Assembly: GCF_000485595.1 (NCBI RefSeq)
Contig: NW_014577088.1
Coordinates: 288,536 to 352,535, forward strand
DNA from: Priapulus caudatus
Lineage: Eukaryota
DNA length: 64,000 nucleotides
Reading direction: 5' to 3'
The first letter of the stretch is position 1. Each line of letters opens with the position of its first letter. A program made the translations under genes and the position numbers. Under the pieces are notes generated by a model. The model was not told the origin of the DNA. It did not search any database and was given only the letters and a program-made list of their open reading frames with translations. Below are positions 23,485 through 35,418 of the stretch, piece after piece.

Positions 23485-23975
23485 CAGGGTTCTCCCACAC
23501 GTTGCGCCAACGGGGCGCGCGCGCCCCGTTTGGGAAAACTCCCCCCTGTTGGTTGTGCAATCCGGTGCGCCACCGATTAAATACCCTCCGGCCCCGATTA
23601 AATTCCACCAGCAATAAAAGTTTGCCAGCGAGGGAATAGCGATAGTCAAAATTCTCCATCGACCAGAACACCGCAGTCACGTGTATTTTTTACCGTGTCC
23701 ACGCATGCACTGCAGACAATACACAATACAAACAGCTGCAACCTGTTCCCACACGCAACATCTAACCTGTACACCGATGCTTCTGGGCGTATCTTATCAT
23801 AACACGAGAACCCAGAAATGACGTCCTCTATGGCGTGTGGTTGTACCGATTTTTAGCGCATTAATATGGGTGGTACCGGGCTAATAAAAACACGCCCACC
23901 CGGACCCCCCCCACCCCTCACCGCTTCCCCTCCTCCTCCACCCTGTTTGAAATTTCATCCTGGGATGAAACCCTG
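23485..23975. mobile_element. hAT-like MITE copy 1
   Basis: TIRs cagggttctccc / gggatgaaaccctg; near 8-bp TSD ctaatgcc / taacgcc; homologous to copies at 24437 and 33097. Confidence 0.75.
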
Positions 23976-24436
23976 TAACGCCTAACCATAACCATAACCC
24001 AAACCTAGTGGTTGTGGTGGGTTTTTCGTTTTGGTTTGTATTGGCTGGTTCTTTTGCGTGTGTGGCTATCCTATATAGGATTGACCGCTAACCCTAAACC
24101 TAAACTCCCCAAAAAGGGCTTCAACGACCGACGGCTACCAGTACCGTCCAGGCGCCACTGCGTACTTTTTACTTGCGGGAACGAAGTAATCGCGTCCCTT
24201 CTCAAAAAATTCATCAGTAGTCCGGTATCCTACATTACGATATTACATTTACATGGCCCGCTTTTTTCAATTATTTGAAGAACTACGCAAGCATTGAAAA
24301 ATTTAATATATTATAAATTGAGCCTACCATTGCGGAAAGACGTGAGATTGCTCGCTAGCTAATAGACTAGAGTAATAACTAATATTTATTGATCAAGTGA
24401 ATCGCAGTACAAATCGTGATGAATTTTATATGCATA

Positions 24437-24942
24437 CAGGGTTCTCTCCTACGTGCGGCAAGTGACAGGGGCGCAGGCCCCGTTTGGAAAACTCCCCCCT
24501 GTTTTCAAATCGGTCCGCGCCCGTTTTAAAAATACCCTCCGCGCGCCGATTAAATTCCACCACAATAAAAGTTTGCGCAGAGCGGGAATGCGAGCGCAAG
24601 TAATTCCCATTCGCCAGGGACAACCAGCGTGGTATATTTTTACTTGCACTTGCAGAACAATACGACAAGGTTAGCAAACAGCTAAGCGCTGTCCCAGCTG
24701 TGCTCCACACATCAACACCGCTAAAAACCTGAACACTCGAGCTCGTGCTTACTATATATACATAGAACCTCGCAAAATACCCGTCTATGGTGTGGTGCGA
24801 TTTTACGAATTAATAGTGGTGACGGTAAAAAAAAACACCCCGCTGGAACCCCGCTAAGTTTTTCACACCCTCCCCCTCCCCCCTCGCCCTTCTCCGCTCC
24901 CCTCCCCCTGTTTTGAATTTCCATCCTGGGAGAAAACCGCTG
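24437..24942. mobile_element. hAT-like MITE copy 2; shares left flank ~24087-24436 with copy 3
   Basis: TIRs cagggttctctc / gggagaaaaccgctg; colinear with copy 1. Confidence 0.75.
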
Positions 24943-25026
24943 ATAGATAAATGTCATGCGTAATTGCCATTGGTAAGTAAAAAGGTGGGCATGCTGTGGG
25001 AAAATTCAAGAACTGTGCTGTTTTGT

Positions 25027-25530
25027 ACCGCCCTAAACAGACATCGTGATCATCATCATCATTAGTCAGCACCCTAACCTGATCCGGAGATTTATAGCCN
25101 NNNNNNNNNNNNNNNNNNNNNNNNNNNNNNNNNNNNNNNNNNNNNNNNNNNNNNNNNNNNNNNNNNNNNNNNNNNNNTCACCAAGTAAAAATGACAAACA
25201 TTGTTTCAAGATTGTTTGTAACTTGTATATTGTTGTACTTGGTGCTTAGGTATAATGACCTTTTCAGGTTTAAGGATCTCATGATCAGATTAGGTTGCTG
25301 AATAATAATAATAATCATGATGATGATCACCATGATGATGTTGAATGATAATCATGATGACGTTGATGATAATCATGATGATGTTGATGATCAATCATGA
25401 ATCATCATGATGATGATGATGATCATGAAGATGTTGATGATGATCATGATGATGTTGATGATGATCATGAAGATGGTGATGATGATCATGGTGATGTTGA
25501 TGATGATCGCGATGATCTGTTTACGGCAGT
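25027..25530. mobile_element. foldback-like element with inverted microsatellite arms; spans an N gap
   Basis: Outer IR accgccctaaacagacatcg / cgatgatctgtttacggcagt, then (CAT)n vs (ATG)n, inner IR cagcaccctaacct / agattaggttgctg; core repeated at 33816-33975. Confidence 0.6.
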
Positions 25531-25602
25531 CCTAAAGTAGACCCGAGCTACTGTGGCTTGCATGTGCCTTAATATAATCTGTAGGAAATTTGGATTTTTC
25601 AG

Positions 25603-25659
25603 TCATGGTGTGGTGCAATCTCCTACATCTCTTGGAGGGTGTGAGCATTTTTTCTGCAG
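25603..25659 (+). CDS. BARD1: BARD1 exon 2 (HGVVQSPTSLGGCEHFFC), RING
   Basis: ttttcag| ... AG|gtaacc, 57 nt, LGGCEHxFC motif. Confidence 0.92.
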
Positions 25660-25945
25660 GTAACCTTCTTTCTATTTGCTGTTATGTATTACAATATTTT
25701 GTACCGTTAGGCACACTAAATATTGTGCATACTATATCGTGAAGTTATTGGCTTCTGTTTAACTTTGTAAAGTTAAAAATAAAAAATAATTGATTATGGA
25801 AATGTTATATTTTGCATAAAAGAACATGTCATCCCAGAGTAAAATATTTATGAATGTAACAGAAAATTGGTTGAATAAATTTTTTATTTGCAAATACTGT
25901 AGTGGATTTCAATTTTAATCTTTTCCTATGCTGTATTTGTTTCAG

Positions 25946-26018
25946 TAAATGTATTGAGCCACACATTGGGAATAGCTGTCCAGTCTGTGGTTGTCCTGCA
26001 TATGCTAAAGATGTTCAG
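25946..26018 (+). CDS. BARD1: BARD1 exon 3 (KCIEPHIGNSCPVCGCPAYAKDVQ), RING
   Basis: tttcag| ... CAG|gtttgt; CPVCxxPA motif. Confidence 0.92.
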
Positions 26019-26190
26019 GTTTGTATCCAATGCATTCTTGACATGTATTAGATTTTAAATCACATTTCAGCTGTTATGGAAAAAGTTATGTTGCAGTTAA
26101 TCATTTGTGTTTCTAATATTAATATTTAATAGTAACATAAGGTATTTATCATTTGATCTGTAATACCATATAGTTTTTAACTATCCATAG

Positions 26191-26266
26191 GTGAATCGTC
26201 AGCTGAAAAACATAGTTACACAAATGACTGACCTAAAACAATGGATGCAGCAAGACGTGACTATTG
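26191..26266 (+). CDS. BARD1: BARD1 exon 4 (VNRQLKNIVTQMTDLKQWMQQDVTI), post-RING helix
   Basis: ccatag| ... G|gtaaga; NRQL motif; phases fit; partial duplicate at 26944-27001 after a gap. Confidence 0.9.
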
Positions 26267-26349
26267 GTAAGAATGAGTCTTGAACTGAAAGCAAAATTCA
26301 TCTGATATACTTGAATTGTGATATATATATATATCAAGAGTTAATAATA

Positions 26350-26933
26350 GAGAAGGAGTGTGACATCAATAAACAAGGGAAATTCGTCATTTACTAGCCT
26401 TAAAATACCTACGATTTACTACTCAAATCGTACACAGTACATCAGCCTAGCATCGTGCGAAATCGTTTCCTCTTATACACCCGCAATCCGGAGATACAGA
26501 CTAAAACGTACGACACGATTTTCCATTCTGTTGGCAGCCAAATCGATGCGTTGGGAAAGTCATTTGAAACAAAAGGCAGCTACTAACGCTCGGCGATGCG
26601 GTGTGGCTCGCTGGGAGATTGCTGCTGATTGCGGTGGGCGTGCGTGCGTGGGGAGCATACCAGCAACCAGCTGTATGCCGGTGTGCCGGTATGCCGGGTC
26701 AAAGATTATCTCGCCGAGGGTTGCGTCGATGTCCAATCTCCCAGCGAGTCACACCGCATCGCCGAGCGTTAGTAGCTGCCTTTTGTTTCAAATGACTTTC
26801 CCAATGCATCGATTTGGCTGCCAACAGAAGGGAAAATCGTGTCGTACGTTTTAGTCTGTATCTCCGGATTGCGTGTGTATAAGAGGAAACGATTTTGCAC
26901 GATGCTAGACAGATGTACTGTGTACGATTTGAG
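26350..26933. mobile_element. young MITE with >=200-bp near-perfect inverted arms; right end lost in a gap
   Basis: 26422-26621 is the reverse complement of 26734-26933 with few mismatches; the empty-site version follows the gap (26944-27090). Confidence 0.85.
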
Positions 26934-27192
26934 NNNNNNNNNNAACATAGTTACACAAATGACTGACCTAAAACAATGGATGCAGCAAGACGTGACTATT
27001 GGTAAGAATGAGTCTTGAACTGAAAGCAAAATTCATCTGATATACTTGAATTGTGATATATATATATATCAAGAGTTAATAATACCTAAATATTACCTAA
27101 TATGCTAAAGGTATCATTAGCTTTTGATATATATATATATATTATATACAAACTTATTCTGTTTCATTTCATGTAACTTTTTACGTTTCTAG

Positions 27193-28187
27193 GGTTGGCT
27201 GCCTTGAGTTCCCAGACAACACCTACGGTAGCTGACGCTGAACTAGATAGCAAAGAAGTGCTGGACCTGCCGAAGCAGTGTGATGTGTTTGATTTTGTAG
27301 ACTCGCCACCTGGCAAGGCATCTCGGCGTCGAATCCGCAAACCTTCAGAGGTGCTAAAGAAACGACGAGTTCTGGTTGCCAGCAACAAGCGATGGGGGTT
27401 CGACCACAGGGACTCGTGCGAGGAGGACGACGTGGGTGTTGCAGAGAAGCCTTGCTCCAGCTGCAAAAAGAAGACGCCCCGCAGACAGGTGACGTTTGGG
27501 ACTGCCGATGCCGCGAGACCTCTCTTCAGCGATAGTCGTCAACTTGATTCTTCCACCATGCATGCCTCACCCCAGGAGGTGGTCAGAAAGAAGTCGCCTG
27601 ACGGTGCGGCGCCATTAAAACGCATCGTCGGCTGCAAGGAAAATAAAGCAGTAAATTCGGCCGTTGGCGATGTTGAAAAAATCCACGCCGACAATCTTTT
27701 TGCGACTCCGGGCATCAATTGTAACGATGGCAGACTTCCGGGACGGCGCCATCCAACGAAACGCACCAGCGTCGTTGCTGCGACAGTGCCATCTCTCTCG
27801 AGCGAACACGCCGGTGACCGGTGCTCGGTGAAGCAGGCCAATGCTGTGTCTAACACGAATCGACTCACTAGCTTGAAGACTGAGGCCTCAGTGAGACGGT
27901 CTTCGCCTAAGGCTGCTCTGCAACATGCAGTAATGGCGGCGGCAATAAACTTGGCAACTGAACAGCCAGGCATTAGCGGTGTGGAGAGCTGTGCTACTTC
28001 GCTGCACACTCGTGTGAGAAATCCCTCGAGGCGGTCTCACCCTGAGGTTAAAAGGTCTGAAAATATCTCACGTGCATCTCTTGGCACCAGTACTGAAGCC
28101 ACGAGGGATCGGTCCACAGCATCACTAGTGAAGACTGTTAAGCGAAATGCTAAAGGAGAAACGCGCCTGCATACTGCTGCGATTAAG
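27193..28187 (+). CDS. BARD1: BARD1 exon 5: long disordered linker and start of ankyrin 1 (KRNAKGETRLHTAAIK)
   Basis: tttctag|GG, ORF 27195-28199, donor AAG|gtatct. Confidence 0.92.
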
Positions 28188-28439
28188 GTATCTACGTAGT
28201 AAAATAGTGCAATAGGATTCAGCAAATCGATCTCAAATTGTTCACTATAAAAAAAAAAACATCTGGAATGTGAGTGGACAGTTTATCATTCATTGATGAT
28301 AAGTTCTGCGCATCACATTTACACAGGTAACAGCCTAATCTATACATTCTTCACGTGATTTTAAACTCAGGTTTCCAACTATTTTTATATTCTTTCACAA
28401 GATGTTATAATCAATGGGTGTGTATTATTTTTATACCAG

Positions 28440-28520
28440 GGTGATGTTAAGGAAGTAAAGGCTCTTCTGGCAGAAGGAATGGATCCGAACGTCAAAGACA
28501 ATGCTGGATGGACACCATTG
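28440..28520 (+). CDS. BARD1: BARD1 exon 6 (GDVKEVKALLAEGMDPNVKDNAGWTPL), ankyrin
   Basis: 81-nt phase 0-0 exon; DPNVKDxAGWTPL motif. Confidence 0.95.
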
Positions 28521-28679
28521 GTAGGACACACATAGATATTTTCTCACAATTAGTGTGCACACTTGCGAATAAATTACGGGTTTAAGGATGGTATGACTGC
28601 TATTTTAATTCCTTGCTACGCATGTTACGTCATGACATACCACGTGGTGCACTCGTTCACTGTGCGCTTGCTGCTGCAG

Positions 28680-28855
28680 CACGAGGCATGCAATCGTGGC
28701 CACGTCGCCGCCGTCACCGCACTGCTGGATGGTGGAGCTGAGGTGAGAGCCGTGGCCGGCGCAGACGACAACACGGCGCTGCACGACGCCACGATGAACG
28801 GACACGTCAACGTCGTCACGTTGCTCCTGGCACGCGGCGCGTCGCCGCGGATACG
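28680..28855 (+). CDS. BARD1: BARD1 exon 7 (HEACNRGH...TALHDATMNGHVNVVTLLLARGASPRI), ankyrin
   Basis: ctgcag|CAC ... CG|gtaacg; ankyrin consensus. Confidence 0.95.
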
Positions 28856-29443
28856 GTAACGTCTGCCTGCATCGTACGCACATTCGTTCACCGAGGCTGT
28901 TCATTTAGTGTGAGGCTTTGTGGCGCTGGTGGAAACATAACTGTAGCTAGACAGAGTGCACTCACGGAGTGCATACCTCCGCCAGCGACATACGCCATAC
29001 GACTCACGAACACACGAATAACACACAATATACACCAGCGTACTGACATGTACACGCTCCCATGTAACATGTATGTCTTACGAGCTGGCTCGCTGTTGAC
29101 TGCTGCTGACTGCTGCTGGAGCTGGCTGTGGCTGTGGCTGGCTGGCTTGACTCGACGCGCTAATATCGATCGTGCGAACACACAAACACCCGAGAGCGAA
29201 AACATAACCTCCTCCAACTCCGTTGGACGGAGGTAATTATGTAAAGATTCTCTATGATTTTGTTTGCGTTAGTATGTGAGGCTCAATCAGTCTTATTATT
29301 TTATGGACTGTGTAAATGTATACAACTATTTTTGTTTCCCTGATTAGGTTTCACACCTTTTAAATGCAATATTTTAAATTGACTTGAATTTTTCATTTTT
29401 TGTTTTATTATACATCTGAAGTTGGCATTATTGCGTTTTGCAG

Positions 29444-29682
29444 CAACATGCGGGGATTGGCTCCAGCAGACTACGCTGTTACTGAAGTCATGAAGAAGGC
29501 ATTTGAAAGTGCACTTACTACGTATATCCCCGATCCTGGTATTGATCGGCCGGATACTGAGATGCCAGTGGTAGAGAAAATCATGTTGCTAGGAATAGGG
29601 TTGAAGCCACAACAGAAGCAGCTTTTGCAGAGATGTGCAGAACTTCTAGATGGTACAGTAGCAACCCAATTCACAAAGGAAG
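29444..29682 (+). CDS. BARD1: BARD1 exon 8: end of ankyrin, linker and start of BRCT1
   Basis: ttttgcag|C ... G|gtcagt; NMRGLAPADYA...IMLLGIGLKPQQKQLLQRCAELLDGTVATQF. Confidence 0.9.
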
Positions 29683-29841
29683 GTCAGTAAGATATTAATG
29701 TGCCTTAAAAATCAAGCATGCAATATGATTAACGTTAAATAAAAATTGTGGTAGTATGAAAGCTCAATCAAGTTTTGTTGATGTCTCAGCTAGACATTTT
29801 TGTTGTCGGATAAACGTTAATTTTTGCTATATTTTTTGCAG

Positions 29842-29937
29842 TGACTCACGTTGTCATGTGCAACAATAAATGGGGCATAAATGGAGTAATCCTAGAACAG
29901 GCAACTGCAGCAGGAAAGTGGATTGTCAGCTTTGAAT
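29842..29937 (+). CDS. BARD1: BARD1 exon 9 (VTHVVM...ATAAGKWIVSFE), BRCT1
   Basis: ttttttgcag|TG ... T|gtaggc; VTHVV and GxWIVSFEW BRCT motifs. Confidence 0.9.
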
Positions 29938-30228
29938 GTAGGCATCCCAACTAACCAACAAATTTAATCCCTAGTCTATGTGACCCCCTCCCTGCACTGA
30001 AACAATCCCACAAAGTATGACTAAGCCCAATGATAATATCTTGGTTGTGGTAGCGACTGATGTATCATATGTGTAGTTCTCTTGTTCAAAACTAATTTGC
30101 TCATATAATCCTTTTTTTTAAACAATATTGGTCAGATATGTGTCAGTCATAAATTTAGTAGCATAAGTGTATAAACATGATTCATTGATAATGTAATTTG
30201 TACCTAATTACAACACTCGTTTTTCCAG

Positions 30229-30290
30229 GGGTGGAGAACTGCATCGTATACGACAAGAAAGTGATTGAAGAGGCATTTATGGTGCAGTGA
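30229..30290 (+). CDS. BARD1: BARD1 exon 10, coding part (WVENCIVYDKKVIEEAFMVQ*), end of BRCT1 and stop
   Basis: ttttccag|GG; WVxxC BRCT motif; TGA at 30288-30290. Confidence 0.8.
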
Positions 30291-30810
30291 GGGTTTGTCA
30301 AACTCGGTGTATAGATGCACAGGCAGGTATGAATGTATGCAGACACACACACATGCGCACACACAACACAAACAGGTTTATTCTAAACGAGTGGTGTTAT
30401 AACTAAAAGTAGGACCAGTCAAAGAAATAGAAATTTGGTAAACAGCTATTGCCATCTAGACTACCAGCTAATATCTGGACACAGCAACGAGTCATTGATG
30501 AACGTGTTCTAATGAAAACCCAACTACATATTTCTAATTCTGACATATGTTTATTGTATAGATATAGAACTTTGACCATAGAGGTATAGAACTTTTAGAA
30601 CATTGATATAAAACTTTGATATTTTAATAACAATAATCAGAACCATCAGTTAAACAGCATAACGAGAGGACACTCGATTAATAAATGATCAAGCTGTCAT
30701 AGTAGAACGTCATCGCTAGCTGATATACAATGTATTCTGAGTTTTTTGCCTTCATTTTGCCTTGCATTTCAATATTCTACTATTGTAGATGATTAGTCAT
30801 TATTTTCTAG

Positions 30811-30887
30811 TTCTGTTGTATTCCGTCACAACCATGTTGTTACATGCTCGTGATAATGATAGATTCTAGCAAGAATGTACTCAGTGA
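30811..30887 (+). pseudogene. BARD1: possible decayed remnant of the BARD1 BRCT2 exon
   Basis: After acceptor tattttctag the frame reads LLYSVTTMLLHARDNDRF*QECTQ*, resembling BRCT2 [20 protein letters not shown] (recalled human sequence). Confidence 0.4.
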
Positions 30888-32683
30888 CAGACATAGTTTT
30901 GTATTACTGCTACACCTGGGTTCTTGCATAGGCCTTTCTTTAGTGATAACCGTCCCATTTATACTGATCATATCATCATTTAACAAACAACACATAGTAA
31001 ACATTGCATTCATGGCGAGCGACACATTTCTTGCAGTTTCACAGTTCATGGCCTGGGTCAGGTTTGGTGGTCACAGAAAAACAGGAATCGATTTATTAAT
31101 TGGCACCAACTTCTTGCGTGTTTATATGCTTAGCTGAATGCATGTTGTTTCTGATCTAATGCTCAATGATCGTAGCAAAGTACACTATCCGTATACATGT
31201 AATGTTGAAAATAAATACATTTTTGGCATAAGGAAACATATTTTTCACACGTTTTGAATGTGGACAGGCCATTTAGTGGTGCCCTACTTATATTTATGCT
31301 TCACATATAGGACTCATGAGGAATGATTTCACTTATATAGATTATATTAGATTAGATTATTTATTATTATCATATATTATTTGTGGTTATGTACAATGCA
31401 TGCAAATAATTGTGTTAACACGACACTCTTCAAGTGTTTTATAGTAAATTAACAAACTTGGATAAATTTAGAAGGCAGGCACACACTGTCAACGATTGAG
31501 TAGACTTGCAAACAACAATTTCATTAGAATTTAAATAGACAATAATCCAGGTCTTATAACCAAACAAACGTACTTTCGTTTGGTACGTACTTGCTGATAT
31601 GTAATATGATAAGCAAGTATACCTTTCATTTCATGCATCCTAACACTATATTACCATGCAACACTACTTCTTACAATGATATTACACTTTCAGCTTGGCC
31701 ATTGTGTGTCTAATTTGCCAACTAATATATTCTACTTTGTCCATCAGACACTTGTTCACGTTCTTTAATGCTTCAGACGTCAGTCACTCCGAACACGTAA
31801 CAACATTACCCCTTGTAGATTTATCTATATTTCTGATATTCACGATATTTGCAGTTTATGGGGGCAAAATATGAACGATTTTTTGATAGAGCAAAATAAA
31901 AGGCTCTATTTGTAGAATATAGTTTCCTTGTCCAGCAATATGGAAGGACGAGATGTTTGGGGTCATTTCTTTATACAGAAAATGGAATACCCTTTTTGCC
32001 TGGTACCCGCACGTAGGCATCAGGTGAATCGATATAAGTGATTATGTTTTACGTATAATTAAGTCATTGCAATTACATCTATATACCCGCACACGCAGAG
32101 AACATGAATATTCGTAAAATTTTCCTATATACTTCACAATTAACTAAATAACTAAGTAGATATATGCCAAATAAATAAATTAAGTAAATAAAAATAGTGT
32201 TTTATCTCATTCTCAATTATTTCTTAACGACTCGCAACCTATATTTTGGACAAAATTGAAGAACATGGCAGCAATGGCATGCGATATGGTAGACTGTATA
32301 ATGCGGTTGGTAATATCAGATTTCTGTCCTTCACTATCCTAAAATTGGTTTTTCATCGTCTGCACGTACTGAAGTACAATTCTACGTCTATGAAATGTTC
32401 GTGCATTTCAGAGCCTAGCTATTGCAAGCGCAAGCATATTTAATGTATGTGACACCAAGCAAAATAGAGCAGTTGACCAGGAACTGCACGATTAATTTAT
32501 ACGCGTTGTAAACGTAACATGCCATAGTCGTTTCTCTGCTCGCGTAAACATGGTTTTCCCACATAGTAAAGCTAGCTGTCCACCCGTTGCATGACTCACC
32601 ATCACGTACGACCACCAAGGAAAACACGAGATTATTGCACAGAATATCGCATACGATGTACGTGCGTACGTTTACATGCATCT

Positions 32684-32722
<39 letters not shown>

Positions 32723-32723
32723 A

Positions 32724-33485
32724 TAACCATAACCTTAACACTAACCCTAAACCTTATCCTAACCCTAATCTTAACTCTAACACTAAACCTAACGCCAAAA
32801 AGGGGCTTCAACGACCGACGGCTACCGTACCTCCAGCCACTGCGTACTTTTTACTTGCGAACGAAGTAATCGGCGTCCTTCTCAAAATCATCAGTAGTCG
32901 GTACCTACATTACGATATTACATGGCCCGCTTTTTTATTTCATTTGAGTACTACGCATGCATGAAAACTTTATATATTATAAATGTACACCATTGCCTGG
33001 AAAGACGGTGAGATTGCTCGCTAGCTAATAGTACTAGTAGTAATAACTAATATTTATTGATCATGATCAGTACAATATCATGAATTCATATGCATACAGG
33101 GTTCTCCCTACGTTGCGCAAACGGGGCGCGCGCGCCCCGTTTGGGGAAACTCCCCCCTGTTTCAATCGTCCCGCCCCGTTTAAATTACCTCCGCCCCGAT
33201 TAAATTCCACCACAATAAAAGTTTGCCAGCGCGGGAATCGATCGTCAAGAATTCCCATTCGGCCAGGACAACCAGCGTGTATATTTTTACTGCACTGCAG
33301 ACAATACACAAGTACAAACAGCTAACCTGTCCCACTGTCCCACACACAACACTAACTGTACACCGACTCGGCTATCTTATATATACAAGAACCCCAAATA
33401 CCGTCTATGGTGTGGTGGCGATTTTACGAATTAATTAGTGGTACGGTAAAAAAAAAACACCCCCTGGACCCCGCTAGTTTTTACC
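32724..33485. mobile_element. composite repeat: (CCCTAA)-like head, shared flank and truncated hAT MITE copy 3 (from 33097)
   Basis: Colinear with ~24087-24865. Confidence 0.7.
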
Positions 33486-33815
33486 TAAGTAAGGCTATGT
33501 GCATGCATATTGCGATTTAGCACTGGATCTGGCTCGCGTGTTGCATACAGACACAGCTTGGTGCGGGATAACTTATCCCGGGCCTGGCCCTCCTTCATTT
33601 GCAGGGCCAAATTGGTGCGGGCAGAGCGTATTTGGAGCGGATAGCGTGTACACACTGCAAAAATGTGGCGCGCGCCTGACCCGCACCAGTTTAATACCAT
33701 ATCAAATTTGCAGTCTGTACGTGGTATATTAGATGATTCAGATTCAGAGATCCGGAGAACCATCATCATCAACATTTCCACCATCATTAACATCATCATT
33801 ATTATTATTATTATT

Positions 33816-33975
33816 CAGCACCCTAACCTAGTCTGAAGATGCTTTCAAAAGGTCACCAAGTAAAAATGACAAACATTGTTTCAAGATTGTTTGTAACTTG
33901 TATATTGTTGTACTTGGTGCTTAGTTATAATGACCTTTTCAGGTTTAAGGATCTCATGATCAGGTTAGGTTGCTG
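33816..33975. mobile_element. second copy of the foldback element core
   Basis: cagcaccctaacct...aggttaggttgctg flanked by (ATT)n on the left and (AAT)n on the right; nearly identical to 25178-25300. Confidence 0.7.
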
Positions 33976-34372
33976 AATAATAATAATAATAATANNNNNN
34001 NNNNNNNNNNNNNNNNNNNNNNNNNNNNNNNNNNNNNNNNNNNNNNNNNNNNNNNNNNNNNNNNNNNNNNNNNNNNNNNNNNNNNNNNNNNNNNNNNNNN
34101 NNNNNNNNNNNNNNNNNNNNNNNNNNNNNNNNNNNNNNNNNNNNNNNNNNNNNNNNNNNNNNNNNNNNNNNNNNNNNNNNNNNNNNNNNNNNNNNNNNNN
34201 NNNNNNNNNNNNNNNNNNNNNNNNNNNNNNNNNNNNNNNNNNNNNNNNNNNNNNNNNNNNNNNNNNNNNNNNNNNNNNNNNNNNNNNNNNNNNNNNNNNN
34301 NNNNNNNNNNAGATGTAGCGGTGGGGTCGTTTCGGCTGGTTAGTGTGTGCGTGTGCGTGCGCCAGCACCTCA

Positions 34373-34699
34373 TTACATTTCTCCCGCAGCGCTAACGGCT
34401 TCCGCTGCCTGGAACCCCGCTTCGTAGATGTCGGTGCTGTTGAAGTGCAGCCCCGGCGGCAGGATCGCGTTCGCGTGGTCGACGAGATAGCAGTAGGCCG
34501 GCTCCTTGCCGTGACTGCACGCCTCGCCCATCGCCACATTGTAGATGACAAGCACCAGGCCGGCGACAGCGACAATCAGACCGAAGAGGGCGCAGAGGAA
34601 CGCCGGAAACTTGTCACGCGACAGAATGCTGCCCTCCTGAACTTTGATGTAGCAGACGGCCGGCAGGATGAAGGCGAGCGGAGCGGCTGCTAAGACTCC
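34373..34699 (-). CDS. SLC38A11: SLC38A11 last coding exon (GVLAAAPLAFILPAVCYIK...CSHGKEPAYC...*)
   Basis: Acceptor ataatttcag|GGA; PLxFIxPxxCYxK and CxHGxExxYC motifs of SLC38A11; stop TAA. Confidence 0.92.
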   Translation of the reverse strand, partial: GVLAAAPLAFILPAVCYIKVQEGSILSRDKFPAFLCALFGLIVAVAGLVLVIYNVAMGEACSHGKEPAYCYLVDHANAILPPGLHFNSTDIYEAGFQAAEAVSAAGEM

Positions 34700-35167
34700 C
34701 TGAAATTATGAGTGGCGGGACATTTCTGTATTACATATATGGCAAACGTTCAAAAACCGCATGAAACGTTAAAAGCGACAATTTTCTGGCTAATTATTAT
34801 TTAATGTGATATTGGCACTAGTTATTTGTGATTATTGTTGTTGTTGTTATTATTATTATTATTATTATTGTAATGTGCGTTGATGCTTTTATTAATACTT
34901 ATCAATTTAACAACCTTGAGCAACAATTTCAAGCAAGCTATAGGCACAGGCTGTCATAGAATTAGTCGTGATTAAAAACAGTCGAGAGTAATTTTTCGTA
35001 AGAATTAAGTCGAGAAGTATTTGCGTTGGGGAAAAATGTTTGGGTCCTGCCTCTGAAAAATAAAATAAATGATTAACCACCGTTGTCCGATATGAACCAA
35101 AGATCTGCCCCCTCACTACCGCGTGAATTCCCCCAATAGTATTTCTGCTATGTAGGCCTACACGCAC

Positions 35168-35418
35168 GTTCAGCTCCAAAACTATTCCGAGGCAGTCGGT
35201 TGCCATCGACGCCAGCACCGTGGCGACAACGATGGCGATGGTTGTGAAGATGTGCCTGCCGATAGTCTCGGGTCCTCGATGCACGAAGATGGCGTTCTCC
35301 AGCACCTCGCGCGTGACGAAGCACTCGATCGGATAGGTGAACATGATGGTGATGGCGAACAGTACGCGCGCGGCGTTCATCAGGTCGTCTCGCCTGCAGT
35401 AGTTCTCTAGAACGTCGC
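35168..35418 (-). CDS. SLC38A11: SLC38A11 exon (GDVLENYCRRDDL...TYPIECFVTREV...DCLGIVLELN)
   Basis: Canonical splice sites, phase 1 in and phase 0 out, highly conserved SLC38A11 motifs. Confidence 0.95.

Noticed and set aside
26944..27001. Tandem duplicate of BARD1 exon 4
   Set aside because: Identical to exon 4, begins at an N gap and lacks an acceptor; best explained as the alternative haplotype
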